Below are positions 8,502-17,879 of a stretch of DNA of 40,001 nucleotides, in pieces (position 1 is the first letter of the stretch; each line of letters opens with the position of its first letter). The position numbers and the translations under genes are program-made. The notes below the pieces were generated by a model. It had not been told where the DNA came from. It saw nothing but the letters and a program-made list of their open reading frames with translations, and ran no database searches. This stretch comes from a virus (Duplodnaviria > Caudoviricetes), in IMG/VR virus record IMGVR_UViG_3300035003_000006, positions 1 to 40,001 of that record; one strand, given 5' to 3'.

Positions 8502-8708
8502 CTACTGAGGCTTACTAATAAGGGTGTACCGATAATCTACGCCATTCTTCTTTGGCAAGCGCTCCCCAGCGATCTGCCAGCCTTCGGCGCGTAGATCTGC
8601 GATACGGGCGGCGAGGCGGCTAATAAAGCGGGATAGGCACTGGTTGCGCGTGATGGTGCCCCTGGTTTCGAGCTGCTTAGCTATCCAGGCAACTTGCGAG
8701 GTTTTCAT
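8502..8708 (-). CDS. Winged helix-turn-helix protein
   Basis: G.IT......I.RLAARIADLR..GW.I...Y.L pattern of phage HTH proteins. Confidence 0.8.
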   Translation of the reverse strand: MKTSQVAWIAKQLETRGTITRNQCLSRFISRLAARIADLRAEGWQIAGERLPKKNGVDYRYTLISKPQ

Positions 8709-8796
8709 ACAGTAGCGATATTTGCGAGATGTTTAGCTACTACCAGTACGGATAACACTACAACGGCAACTAGCCCGAATGAGATAACTCCGTCGA

Positions 8797-8994
8797 TCAA
8801 TTGGTCAAAATTATCCATGATGTTATTACAGCTACGAAGGTTAGTAAGAGGAAGGCGGGCGTGAAGGTAAAGCGGTAGAGGGTGCGAAGGATGTGGAGGC
8901 GGCGACTGGGACGGAACTGTGCCATGCGGCGCTCTCGTGCTGCCTTTCCTTCCCACCAGTCGCGGTCATCGCGGTCTGGGGTTTCAAGTGACAT
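8797..8994 (-). CDS. Small protein with C-terminal TM
   Basis: 65 aa; starts 3 nt after the ssb stop. Confidence 0.55.
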   Translation of the reverse strand: MSLETPDRDDRDWWEGKAARERRMAQFRPSRRLHILRTLYRFTFTPAFLLLTFVAVITSWIILTN

Positions 8995-8997
8995 ACG

Positions 8998-9402
8998 CTA
9001 GAAGGGGATGTTTTCTGGGTTAATCTCCTCCTCCGGGTAGTCTGGGACCACTCTCGGCTCTGTTTCTGCACTGGCGCTTGTCAGCTTCGGACCAAACTGC
9101 ACTCGCTGAGCGACGATCTCAGTCCGGTAGTGCTTCACTCCATCTTTATCCCAGGACCGGGTAGCTAGCCGCCCTTCTACGAGGCAGATGCCGCCCTTTC
9201 GGAGGTACCTAGCGCAGTTCTCAGCGGCCAGGTCGTACACGACAATGTTGTGGTATTCGGTGTCCTCCTTTCTTTCGCCCTGCCGCTCGTATGACCGTGA
9301 TGTAGCGAGTGAGAAATTGCAGACGTGCTGGCCGCTCGGCAATGCTTTTAATTCAGGGTCCCTAGTGAGCCGACCAACGAGTGTAACGGAATTTAAATTC
9401 AT
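8998..9402 (-). CDS. ssb: Single-stranded DNA-binding protein
   Basis: N.V.LVGRLTRDPELK, VEGRL.TRSWD and acidic ENIPF tail. Confidence 0.97.
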   Translation of the reverse strand: MNLNSVTLVGRLTRDPELKALPSGQHVCNFSLATSRSYERQGERKEDTEYHNIVVYDLAAENCARYLRKGGICLVEGRLATRSWDKDGVKHYRTEIVAQRVQFGPKLTSASAETEPRVVPDYPEEEINPENIPF

Positions 9403-9405
9403 AGA

Positions 9406-10011
9406 TTATGCTGTTGAGTTAGTAAGCTCTATCTTTCGCTGTTCCTTCATGGCGTCTACCTCTGGGTCTTTCCATAGGCCATTTGGTAAGCCCCTGAAGG
9501 TTGTCTTTAGTTCGTCAAGTGATGTGGTCTTGGCGATCAGCTCGATAGCGGCCTCAACGGTTATGGCCGGTTCTGCTGGCTTACGGGCGTGGGCTGCGGG
9601 CTTTGGTGCCGCCTGAGCTGGCCTGGCTGGTGTAGCCTTAGCGACTGCCGCATTCGCATCATCATCGTCAGCTTCTAGGCCGAGCATGGCTACTAGAGCG
9701 TAGCGCCGATAGTAGGTGATGTTCGATCCAAGTTTCTGTGGGTCGCCCTTCTGGGAAAACTCTAGGTAGCTCTCGATGGATGTCTCACTTTCTGTGTCGT
9801 AGAGGACCGTCTTGAGCCCGTTTGCATCTGGTATCTGAGTGAGAACGATGCTCACTGCGCTGAGAGCCGGTTTGACCTTCTCTAGTACCTCATCAATATC
9901 TGCATACTTGCTTTTGAAGTGCGGGTTGTTAGAGTCTTTTTTGATTGATATGCCAGCCTTCTGAAACTCAAGGAGCTTGGTGTATATGGATGTCTTCTTT
10001 TTTGTTTCCAT
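9406..10011 (-). CDS. ERF-family single-strand annealing protein
   Basis: NPHFKSKYA and GSNITYYRRYAL..MLGL..DDDDA signatures. Confidence 0.93.
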   Translation of the reverse strand: METKKKTSIYTKLLEFQKAGISIKKDSNNPHFKSKYADIDEVLEKVKPALSAVSIVLTQIPDANGLKTVLYDTESETSIESYLEFSQKGDPQKLGSNITYYRRYALVAMLGLEADDDDANAAVAKATPARPAQAAPKPAAHARKPAEPAITVEAAIELIAKTTSLDELKTTFRGLPNGLWKDPEVDAMKEQRKIELTNSTA

Positions 10012-10028
10012 GTGGGGAGCTTAGGTTG

Positions 10029-10217
10029 TTAAAGTAGCTCTCGTGCTTCCTGCGCTTCCTGCATCATGGCAAAGTAGAATTTGCGGTAGAAATTGTTCGA
10101 CTGCTTGAGGTTAAACTTCTTCATGATCTTAGGGCGAGGGTGTCTGATCGGGTCCTGTACGTGCTCACACATCGCGGTATAGAGAGCTTTTGTAAGCGGG
10201 AGCGTTTTGGCTGCCAT
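10029..10217 (-). CDS. Small hypothetical protein (likely start MAAKTLP at 10217)
   Basis: The longer track start crosses a terminator and promoter; AT-rich leader before 10217. Confidence 0.55.
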   Translation of the reverse strand: MAAKTLPLTKALYTAMCEHVQDPIRHPRPKIMKKFNLKQSNNFYRKFYFAMMQEAQEARELL

Positions 10218-10293
10218 TGATTTTATGCTTAATTTATAATGCTGGTTTCCCAACACAGTAATGTTACCATAATAGTAACAATGCGCCAGTGAG

Positions 10294-10302
10294 TTATACA
10301 CA
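10294..10302 (+). promoter_or_regulatory. DnaA box TTATACACA upstream of the ERF-SSB operon promoter
   Basis: Matches TTATNCACA; TGgTAACAT extended -10 lies about 25 bp downstream on the minus strand. Confidence 0.45.
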
Positions 10303-10308
10303 GACCAC

Positions 10309-10333
10309 AAAAAAGGCACCCGTGAAGGTGCCT
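10309..10333 (-). terminator. Intrinsic terminator
   Basis: AGGCACC-TTCACG-GGTGCCT followed by a T run on the minus strand. Confidence 0.8.
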
Positions 10334-10397
10334 GATTTGCCAAACAAGAGTGCTCCCCACCCTGTAAAAAAATGGCGTGGCTGATGCGCCTCATTGA

Positions 10398-10712
10398 TTA
10401 TACACCATCTAGCTTTCGGCGCTCGCGGTCGAGCTTAGTCTCTGGGTATATGTTGTTCTGCCGAATGTAGAGCGCCAACGCCGCCGGATGGATAACCCCT
10501 ATGGCAACCAGCCCTATTCGGCTGTTTACCTCGGTCGAGAAATGTCCGTGCATCCGACAGTGGTGGACACAGAGCGTCCAGTTGGCCCCGAGAGAGACAC
10601 CTGTGAGAGCGCAATGGCTATCGGCAACACCGTGACTATCGCCGTCTACCCACTCAATGTGTTGCCTGAGTAGGCCGCGATCCTCATATGGTGTCACCTT
10701 GACAATCTGCAT
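10398..10712 (-). CDS. Hypothetical protein (likely start MQIVKV at 10712)
   Basis: Own TGcTAGACT -10 7 nt before ATG; flanked by terminators. Confidence 0.6.
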   Translation of the reverse strand: MQIVKVTPYEDRGLLRQHIEWVDGDSHGVADSHCALTGVSLGANWTLCVHHCRMHGHFSTEVNSRIGLVAIGVIHPAALALYIRQNNIYPETKLDRERRKLDGV

Positions 10713-10739
10713 ACTTCCAAGTCTAGCACCCAGGTACAC

Positions 10740-10757
10740 AAAAAGCCCCGAGGGGCT
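10740..10757 (-). terminator. Terminator ending the late/lysis operon
   Basis: AGCCCC-TC-GGGGCT followed by TTTTGT just after the holin stop. Confidence 0.65.
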
Positions 10758-10764
10758 GTGTGTA

Positions 10765-10956
10765 TTACTTGGCAGCTTTAGCATTCAAAGCTTTGCTCAC
10801 CTCGCCGAGGATGAGACCTAGGATGAGAGTAACGAGCTGCGGTAGTTCAAGCGCCGCGAGGTTGTCGAGTGCGTATGCTACAAACGCCGCTACTCCGATC
10901 ATTCCTCCGCGCCATAGGAACGACTTAACTCGCTTCATCAATGGTGATTCAGTCAT
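10765..10956 (-). CDS. Holin (2 TM)
   Basis: 63 aa, two hydrophobic helices, basic tail, directly after the amidase. Confidence 0.75.
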   Translation of the reverse strand: MTESPLMKRVKSFLWRGGMIGVAAFVAYALDNLAALELPQLVTLILGLILGEVSKALNAKAAK

Positions 10957-10957
10957 A

Positions 10958-11482
10958 TTATTTGTGTCTACGTTTAGTTATTAAGTTGATCATGAGCGCC
11001 CGTAGCTGCGCGATCTTTTGCGTGAGTGAGAATATCTGGTACTGCACGGCAAAGTGGTCATCACGCAGCAGCCGCCCATGACACGTCTTTGTCGCGTACT
11101 TTCTGTGCGGGTAGGTCGGGATATTTGGGTACTTTTTAAGTAGGTCGCCATACAGCTTGTACCAGGCTTCCATCTGCGCCTGAGTGGGGAGGGTGAGGTC
11201 GAAGTTTCCGGCAAAGCACACGCCGATAGATGACTTGTTCATACCAAAACAATGTGCGCCTATGTCAATGTGAAGACGGGTTTGAGTTACTTGTCCCGTC
11301 TTGTTTATGTAGTAGTGATACCCCACATAATAACCAAGGCTAGAAGGATAACCCAAATTTATACGCGGGTTTGCTAAGTGGTCGCGGTCACATTGCTCAA
11401 CCGTATAATTGGAACTGTCAGCAAGCGGATTAGCGTCAGTGCCGCCAGTGTGATGAGTGATGACAGCGATGGGAGTGTTCAT
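10958..11482 (-). CDS. Endolysin, N-acetylmuramoyl-L-alanine amidase (Amidase_2, T7 lysozyme-like)
   Basis: HHT, YHYYI, GAH, SIGVC..GNF, PT.AQ and HR....TC zinc motifs. Confidence 0.93.
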   Translation of the reverse strand: MNTPIAVITHHTGGTDANPLADSSNYTVEQCDRDHLANPRINLGYPSSLGYYVGYHYYINKTGQVTQTRLHIDIGAHCFGMNKSSIGVCFAGNFDLTLPTQAQMEAWYKLYGDLLKKYPNIPTYPHRKYATKTCHGRLLRDDHFAVQYQIFSLTQKIAQLRALMINLITKRRHK

Positions 11483-11490
11483 AGGGACTA

Positions 11491-11784
11491 TTAGAACTTA
11501 TCTCGAATGTACTTGAGGTCTTCCTTGATCTCCCTGATGTCACTCTTGTAGTCAGTGCGCAGGGTATCAATCTGTTTCTGGTTATCCGCTATCTGCTCTT
11601 TGTTGTACGCCATATCTGCCTCAGCCTCGGCGTCTAGCTGCTGCACTTGGTAGTAGAGAGAGTACCAGGCGGCGGCTGATGCGAGAACCATACCGATAAC
11701 AACGTACCAAAACTTGCGGATAAAATTAGCAAGCATAGTGTCGATTTCTTGTTTGACGATTCTGGTGATTTCGGTGCTTTCCAT
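11491..11784 (-). CDS. Single-TM coiled-coil protein, probable lysis accessory
   Basis: One TM followed by heptads; immediately upstream of the endolysin. Confidence 0.6.
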   Translation of the reverse strand: MESTEITRIVKQEIDTMLANFIRKFWYVVIGMVLASAAAWYSLYYQVQQLDAEAEADMAYNKEQIADNQKQIDTLRTDYKSDIREIKEDLKYIRDKF

Positions 11785-11812
11785 GCAACAAAATTATAGC
11801 ATCTCCAAAATC

Positions 11813-12835
11813 TTACGAAGCTAGGCCCGTATTTCGAGTGACTATAGATAGTCCAGTGCTGCCTGCTCCACCATCGCGGGTCGATGTTCCGGTAGCAGCG
11901 CTACCCACGGCGTTAGTAGATGATCCCCCAGCACCACCACGGCCGGTGTCGCCCGTGGTTCCCACCTCCGCTCCAGTGCCGCCTGCTCCACCAGTCTTCA
12001 CAACGCTCCCAGAGTTAGCAATTAAGCGCCTGTAGATGCCGACGAAGAAGCCACCACCTCCACCACCTCCACCACCTCGCATATGTTCCGTACCGCCGCC
12101 AGATGCGTTTCCACCTGCCGCGCCTGCAACGCTGATGTTTGAGGTGACGTCCCATTCCCCACTACAATTGATTATCAAAGCGCCGCCGCCTCGACCGCCG
12201 TTTCCGCCAGTCACGGCAACGCCACCGTTATTGAACGTGCGGACGCTCCCGCCTGCACCACCACTGCCAGGGACTAAAAATGGAAATAGGCCAGTCCACA
12301 ATGATTTAAGCATGGTGGTGAAGTCGGCTGATGGTGCACCACCCGGACTGCCAGTGGTCGGGGCTAATACCTTGTACAGCGATAGGCCATAAGCCGGTGT
12401 AGCAGCCCCATGTGGGACCGTAGTAGCGTTGGCTGCGGTTGTAGCGCCAGTACCACCAGCCGCTCCCATACCAGATGCGTTGATTGCCGGGTTAGCGCTC
12501 GATGTCACGGTGAGTTTTCGGCAGTTTATGATGATCGTCGTGCCGTTAGCGTTCGGGTTTGAAAACGCGAGATTGGCGGTGCCTGTGATAGAAACATCTC
12601 CGTAGTTTCTTACAACAAGTGCTGCGCCTGCACAGTTTATAGTGGTTGTACCAGAACTGATGATGAGGTCGCCATCACTAGCATCGGTTGCCATGTTGTC
12701 ACGAAGGAAAACAGAGTGGATCATCGCATCGTCTTCAAGCTGTGCGACATGACCAAAATCATTGGCGGGGGTGCCGTTGCGCTCAGCTTTGATTATAAAG
12801 TCTGTTGGGTCTCCGACCTGTCCGGGGTCAATCAT
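11813..12835 (-). CDS. Glycine-rich tail fibre/tip protein
   Basis: GSGGAGG, GGRGGGAL and GGGGGGGG repeats; last tail gene. Confidence 0.8.
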   Translation of the reverse strand: MIDPGQVGDPTDFIIKAERNGTPANDFGHVAQLEDDAMIHSVFLRDNMATDASDGDLIISSGTTTINCAGAALVVRNYGDVSITGTANLAFSNPNANGTTIIINCRKLTVTSSANPAINASGMGAAGGTGATTAANATTVPHGAATPAYGLSLYKVLAPTTGSPGGAPSADFTTMLKSLWTGLFPFLVPGSGGAGGSVRTFNNGGVAVTGGNGGRGGGALIINCSGEWDVTSNISVAGAAGGNASGGGTEHMRGGGGGGGGGFFVGIYRRLIANSGSVVKTGGAGGTGAEVGTTGDTGRGGAGGSSTNAVGSAATGTSTRDGGAGSTGLSIVTRNTGLAS

Positions 12836-12839
12836 AAAA

Positions 12840-13274
12840 TTACGAAATATCTATCTGATACTCAATCATAGCATTCTGCCCGCTGGCCTTGGTGAAGACA
12901 GGCGTGATGAGCGAACGGGCGAAGAGCTGGGTACCAGAGCGTAGGGCAAACTCGCGGTAGGTGCCGTTGGCGAGCTCCGCATCGGTGATATAGAGCTTGA
13001 GCGTCACCCTTGTGGCTGTAGCTACCTTGGAGCGGATGAGGATGCCGGTAAGGACGGGTGTCTCCAGGTTCGTGTCACCGATCGTGGGGGCCGTAGAGCC
13101 GGTGCCGATCTCCCCGGATGTGATCCCGAGAGGGAAGGTCGGATCGCTGATAAGGGCGCGGGCAACCAGGCCAGTCCCGTTTGATGCACCCTGCATGATG
13201 AGGTTCTTAGACCAAGGCGAAACCACCTCTTTTCCGGAAGCGTCTTGAGTGATGAAGCGATAGCGGCCTTTCAT
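12840..13274 (-). CDS. Tail tip/baseplate protein
   Basis: NLI...G, IGTGSTAPT.GDT.LET, ANGTYREFAL and LFARSLI pattern; position. Confidence 0.75.
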   Translation of the reverse strand: MKGRYRFITQDASGKEVVSPWSKNLIMQGASNGTGLVARALISDPTFPLGITSGEIGTGSTAPTIGDTNLETPVLTGILIRSKVATATRVTLKLYITDAELANGTYREFALRSGTQLFARSLITPVFTKASGQNAMIEYQIDIS

Positions 13275-13288
13275 GCTGTCATTATACG

Positions 13289-15313
13289 CTATGCCCAGGT
13301 GAAGAAGCCCCAGGTCATAGGGGTCTTACCTGTCTGAGACACCTCTACGTCGGTGTAGCTACACGTCATGGCTCGTCCTGCGCCATCTGCGCCTGATGCT
13401 TGAATGGAAGGCCCGACTACCAAATAGGCAGCCCCCGCTGGAGCTACCGCCGAACCACCTACCGTAGTCCAGGCATTTAGATTGCTGTTATTGATTGTGC
13501 CCGTTGATGTGTTTCCTACGCGATTGCCTGCGGCGTCGTACCAAGTTATGCGGATCACGCTGCTCACCTGGGCAGCGTTGCTCACAGACTGCAAATAGTA
13601 GTCCATGTTGAAATTGTATGTTTCACCCGCTACTACAGGTATAGCCGTTGCTAACTGGGGGAGCGTAAGTGTAGGCCCTGGATAAGTAACCGTGTTGGAT
13701 ACGGCCACCAAATCGACGGTAGCGCCCACCTTATCCAGGGCCGTGGCTACAATCGTCACACAATCACGGTCGTCTACTGTATCAAATTGAGCCGACGAGG
13801 TGGATGTGCCTGACGGGGTAAGCGCCCAGCGATAGCGATTGTTTGTCGTACTGCCGCCCGCTGTGCCGTCTATCCACCGCTGAAAGGTGGATGTGGCGGC
13901 TGTGAAGGGCGGCTGGTCAGAGAAGTCGCTGTTGCTCAAGAAAGCCCAAACAAACGGCCCCGTGTTCGTCGTGACCGCACCCATGGTGTCATCCACCGCC
14001 ACGGCATCCTCCAACCGCAGGAAGTTCACCAACGACAATTGCTCGTCGATGGTCAGCTCTTCCTTGAGTAGGAGCTTTTGGAGAATCGAGATGATACCAA
14101 CGGTCTTGAGGGTTGCCAGTGTGACGCTCCACAAGCCGTCATACGTGGCGTCAGTGGACAGGTAGCGGTATTGCACCTTCTGGATGACAAACTCCTCGTC
14201 TAGGGCTCTCAGGGCGTCCGTGGCGCGCACGATCTGCCCCGACCGCAAGCCAAAGCGATAGGTTTCGACCGTCCCCTCAGCGATGGATGAGGCGTACGCC
14301 TTGAGCTCGGCTAGGCCGCGTTCGATAGCCTGGTCTTCGGAGACGATGTTGGTGTCCGTGATGGCAAACTCGTACTCGCCAAACTCAGCGATTGAGGCTG
14401 GATCAGGGACGTTCACCAGGATCGGCAGCAAGGGGTTGCCCGTGATCTCGATGTTGGTGACGGCGGGACCAGTCGGGAGTGGCGGGATATTGCCCGCGGT
14501 GAAGCGAAGGTATTTCTGATTGAAGCTCCACATGCAGTCAAAGGAGCCGTCGTCGTCGGTGTTATCGAGGCCAACAGTTTGAGCCCATCCGTCTACGAGT
14601 ACCGTGGGACGCTCCGCAAACTTGTATTTTGTATCAAACTCAGCCGTCACCCCGTTCCCTGCCAGCTCCACAGTGCTAGGCGTGCCGGGAACTTCGCCAC
14701 CTTGAACCAGCACGCGGTTGCGGAGTTGACTGATATCCTTGGTGATTTTGAGGCTATCTCGGATGTAGTTACCGTCTGAGATGGAGAACGGTGCGGGCTC
14801 GCTGTCACTAGCGAAAAAATGGATATCCTGGTTGTAGTCCACATACCACTGGTAGTTCACTAAATCGGCTAGCTTTTTGAGCGCATCACTCATGGTAATG
14901 CGGTTGAAGGCAATTGAAGCTACCTCAATGTCAGCCATGACAGCCGTGGTAGTGAAGGTGGGGGCGTATTTCGTGACTAGATCAGCGATGATGGCGTTGA
15001 TGGTCACTCCCTCATAGCGCTCTACCACCAGCTTGCGATTGAGGAAAAAGGTGTAGTCGATACAGGACACGCGGTAGCGGATGGTGTTCACCCCTACCAG
15101 TTCATCCTCTATCGAGGTGATGACACCACCAAAAATTCGCACGCTATTGCGCGTGACGATGACCTCGGCATTAAGCGCGGGGGTGTACGAATCGAGCGGC
15201 GTTTTCTCAATGGTGAAGTCGGCGGTATCGACACGACTGTTCACGCTATCAGTGATGGTGATGTCTTCGATAAGCGCAGTGCGGTCTACTCCACCGATAG
15301 TGACTACAATCAT
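13289..15313 (-). CDS. Tail hub protein with C-terminal carbohydrate-binding-like domain
   Basis: Follows the TMP; RIFGG.I, C.DY, YQWYVDY..DIHFF, NRV.V.GG, SIA.FG.YE and GLRSGQ motifs. Confidence 0.85.
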   Translation of the reverse strand: MIVVTIGGVDRTALIEDITITDSVNSRVDTADFTIEKTPLDSYTPALNAEVIVTRNSVRIFGGVITSIEDELVGVNTIRYRVSCIDYTFFLNRKLVVERYEGVTINAIIADLVTKYAPTFTTTAVMADIEVASIAFNRITMSDALKKLADLVNYQWYVDYNQDIHFFASDSEPAPFSISDGNYIRDSLKITKDISQLRNRVLVQGGEVPGTPSTVELAGNGVTAEFDTKYKFAERPTVLVDGWAQTVGLDNTDDDGSFDCMWSFNQKYLRFTAGNIPPLPTGPAVTNIEITGNPLLPILVNVPDPASIAEFGEYEFAITDTNIVSEDQAIERGLAELKAYASSIAEGTVETYRFGLRSGQIVRATDALRALDEEFVIQKVQYRYLSTDATYDGLWSVTLATLKTVGIISILQKLLLKEELTIDEQLSLVNFLRLEDAVAVDDTMGAVTTNTGPFVWAFLSNSDFSDQPPFTAATSTFQRWIDGTAGGSTTNNRYRWALTPSGTSTSSAQFDTVDDRDCVTIVATALDKVGATVDLVAVSNTVTYPGPTLTLPQLATAIPVVAGETYNFNMDYYLQSVSNAAQVSSVIRITWYDAAGNRVGNTSTGTINNSNLNAWTTVGGSAVAPAGAAYLVVGPSIQASGADGAGRAMTCSYTDVEVSQTGKTPMTWGFFTWA

Positions 15314-17448
15314 ACGCGCTGATTTTGCTTAAGCACCCCTACCACCTTATCGAGCAACCGCTCGGCCATGTCCTTCTCGCCCATGAAGCTGTTGCCGGTG
15401 ATGGTCACATAGATCGGGGAACCACCAGCCATCGCCGGTTGGAGGGCATTGTTCGGGATGATGGTGCCTGACGCATTCGGTACGAAGAGCTCGGGACCGA
15501 CTTCTCCGACGATGTACGGGGTGCCGCCTGTCACGGGACCGCCGCTGGCCCGGCCGCTGATCTTGCTGCTGGTGAAGAAGCTACCACCGCTCAGCTTTCC
15601 ACCTGATAGCTGGCTCATGCTCGAAACAGCGCGGTCAAACGCCTTTTTCATGCGCTCGGCTTCGGTCTCGGCTACCTCACGGGTCTTAGCAATGGCTGAC
15701 TGCATAGTGCTCTGGGCTGCGCCGAAGGACTGAGCGATAGCGCTGCTCTTGAGCTTTTCTGCGCCGATTTCCTGCTGAATCTCCTGTAAGCGCACAAGCT
15801 GGGCCTCCAGGCGGGCTACACGCTCCTTCTGGATGTCTTCCACCTTCCGCTCAAAGTCGGACAGGGAAGCACGGCGTTCGGCCTCATCAAGCTCGGAACG
15901 CAGCATAACCCGCATGTCACGGGTTGTACGGAGGGCTTGCTCTTCGTCGGCGATGGTCTTCCTCAGCTCACGGATGCGGGTGGCATTGCTGTCGTTGTCT
16001 TCATCCTTTTCCAGTTGCCGGAGTTCCTTCTTTTTGTCCGAAATGCCGTTCTCCTGCTCGATGATAGCTTCGGCGAGCTGCTTTTTTGAATCAGCGTCGT
16101 CCTTGGCCACATCATCAAATATGCCCGCCGCTTCTTCCTTGAGCCTTTTGATTTTGTCGGCTGTCTCGCTGGACGCTTTCCCTAATCCTGCGATTGATCC
16201 ACCAAAGTTTTCTACCTTCTTGGATTGGCCTGCTAATGGGTCCGCAAACCGATTGACGGTGCCTTGCAGGTCTACCACTGCGCCCTTAGTGGCAGCGGTG
16301 GTGGTAGCGACGGTACCCGTTACCTTTTGAGCGAACCATACTACCCCGTCAGCGACCCACATAAAAGCGGCATAGAGGTCTTTGAGGTATTCAATCATCA
16401 ATTTTATCGGCAATAAGATGATCTTCAACGCAAGCGGTAGTGATTGCCACTTGGTAGCAACAACGTACACGGCTGTACCTAAAGCAGCTAAGCCAGCGAT
16501 TATCAGTGTTATTGGCGACATGAGCACGCTCACAGCCAAAGCGAGGGCACCTACCACGACCGCCAAGCCTGCCACGGCGGCGGTGGCGATGATGATGTTT
16601 CGGGTCAGGACAGGATGCTTCTCGATCCACTCGCCCATCTTTTGAATGATTGGGGCAACCTTGCTGAGCACGCCCTCCAACACGGGGATGAGCTGCTGGC
16701 CGATCTTGGCTGATAGGTTGGTCAGCTCGGCTTGAAGGATGCGCTGCCGGTTAGCCAGGCTGTCGCTCGTGTTGGCGAAGTCTCCCGCTGTGACGGCCGT
16801 TTGCTGCATGATGAGCTGGACACGCACCAGGCGCTTTTCCTGCTCGGTGAGGTCAGTGACGTTCGTTTGGATGCCCTGGGAGAACAGAAAGGTCTGGAGA
16901 GAGGCGTCTGTCACATCCCCCGCATAACGGCGAATAGCCTCCGTTTCCCCACGGATGGCCTGGTTGATCGCGCTCATGGCGTCGGACACGTCAGTATTGA
17001 AAACGGACGCCATATCAGCGGCGCGGGTGGCCAGCTCGGTGGTCATGTCGGCAACCTCGCTCAGCGGCTGTCCGGTGTCCTTGAGAAGCGCTCCAGTGAT
17101 GGTGGCCATCTGGTTGAACTGGGCTTTGGCGAGGCCAACGCTCTTAGCCGCTGTCTCCCCGAACTTGAGGATTTCGTCGGCACCCTCGCCGAACACCACG
17201 TTCACGGCGTTGATGCTCTCCCCGAGGTCACTGGCATTTTTGATGGCGCTCTTTGCCACTAGGGCGATGCCGCCCAGGGCTACCGCTCCAGCGGCGGCAA
17301 TCTTCTGAAAGACAGGACCAAGCTCGTCCATCTTGCGACGCATTTGAGCCGTGCTTTCCTGCACGGTCCCCATATTCCGCTTGAGACTATCAAATGCCGC
17401 CTTTGACTGATCGAGGGCGTTAATTTTTACGACTACGTTCGGCTGCAT
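15310..17448 (-). CDS. Tape measure protein
   Basis: 712 aa Ala-rich helical protein with central hydrophobic segments and GRASGGPV...YIVGE.GPELFVP. Confidence 0.95.
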   Translation of the reverse strand: MQPNVVVKINALDQSKAAFDSLKRNMGTVQESTAQMRRKMDELGPVFQKIAAAGAVALGGIALVAKSAIKNASDLGESINAVNVVFGEGADEILKFGETAAKSVGLAKAQFNQMATITGALLKDTGQPLSEVADMTTELATRAADMASVFNTDVSDAMSAINQAIRGETEAIRRYAGDVTDASLQTFLFSQGIQTNVTDLTEQEKRLVRVQLIMQQTAVTAGDFANTSDSLANRQRILQAELTNLSAKIGQQLIPVLEGVLSKVAPIIQKMGEWIEKHPVLTRNIIIATAAVAGLAVVVGALALAVSVLMSPITLIIAGLAALGTAVYVVATKWQSLPLALKIILLPIKLMIEYLKDLYAAFMWVADGVVWFAQKVTGTVATTTAATKGAVVDLQGTVNRFADPLAGQSKKVENFGGSIAGLGKASSETADKIKRLKEEAAGIFDDVAKDDADSKKQLAEAIIEQENGISDKKKELRQLEKDEDNDSNATRIRELRKTIADEEQALRTTRDMRVMLRSELDEAERRASLSDFERKVEDIQKERVARLEAQLVRLQEIQQEIGAEKLKSSAIAQSFGAAQSTMQSAIAKTREVAETEAERMKKAFDRAVSSMSQLSGGKLSGGSFFTSSKISGRASGGPVTGGTPYIVGEVGPELFVPNASGTIIPNNALQPAMAGGSPIYVTITGNSFMGEKDMAERLLDKVVGVLKQNQRV

Positions 17449-17877
17449 ATTTCTTTTGTAGGTATTTTACTATTGCCCGGATAAAGAAGTCGGGTTGCCG
17501 ATAGAACGTATCGTAATCCCAGCCGAAGTGCTCGCAAACTATGATGATGCTGGTGAGATCAACTCCATCATTTTTTTTTGCTCTTCTAGGATAGAGCTGT
17601 ACACAAACTGGTAGTCTGGCTCTGGCATCCGCTGGAGGCGTGAGAGGCAGTCGGTGCCATCCTCGTCGATGCTCAACACCGATAGATTGATGAGCTCATG
17701 CTTCTGAGCGAGCGTCACCTTCTTCATATCCGTGATAACGAAGTCAGTACCATTGTCTGTCTTCATATACTGCATCTGGGCGTTATCCACGGTCTCGCGC
17801 TCGGCTCCCGTGAGCATAGTCTTAATGACCACCTTGCGCTTTTCTACCGGGGTCTCAATAACTTTAGTGTGCTGCAT
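17420..17877 (-). CDS. Tail assembly chaperone G (17539-17877) and -1 frameshift product GT (to 17420)
   Basis: A9 slippery run at 17571-17579; the -1 frame stays open as NDGVDLTSIIIVCEHFGWDYDTFYRQPDFFIRAIVKYLQKKYAAERSRKN. Confidence 0.88.
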
Positions 17878-17879
17878 GT

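Noticed and set aside
12030-12280. CCACCACCT-type repeats
   Set aside because: Explained by poly-glycine codons of the tail fibre.
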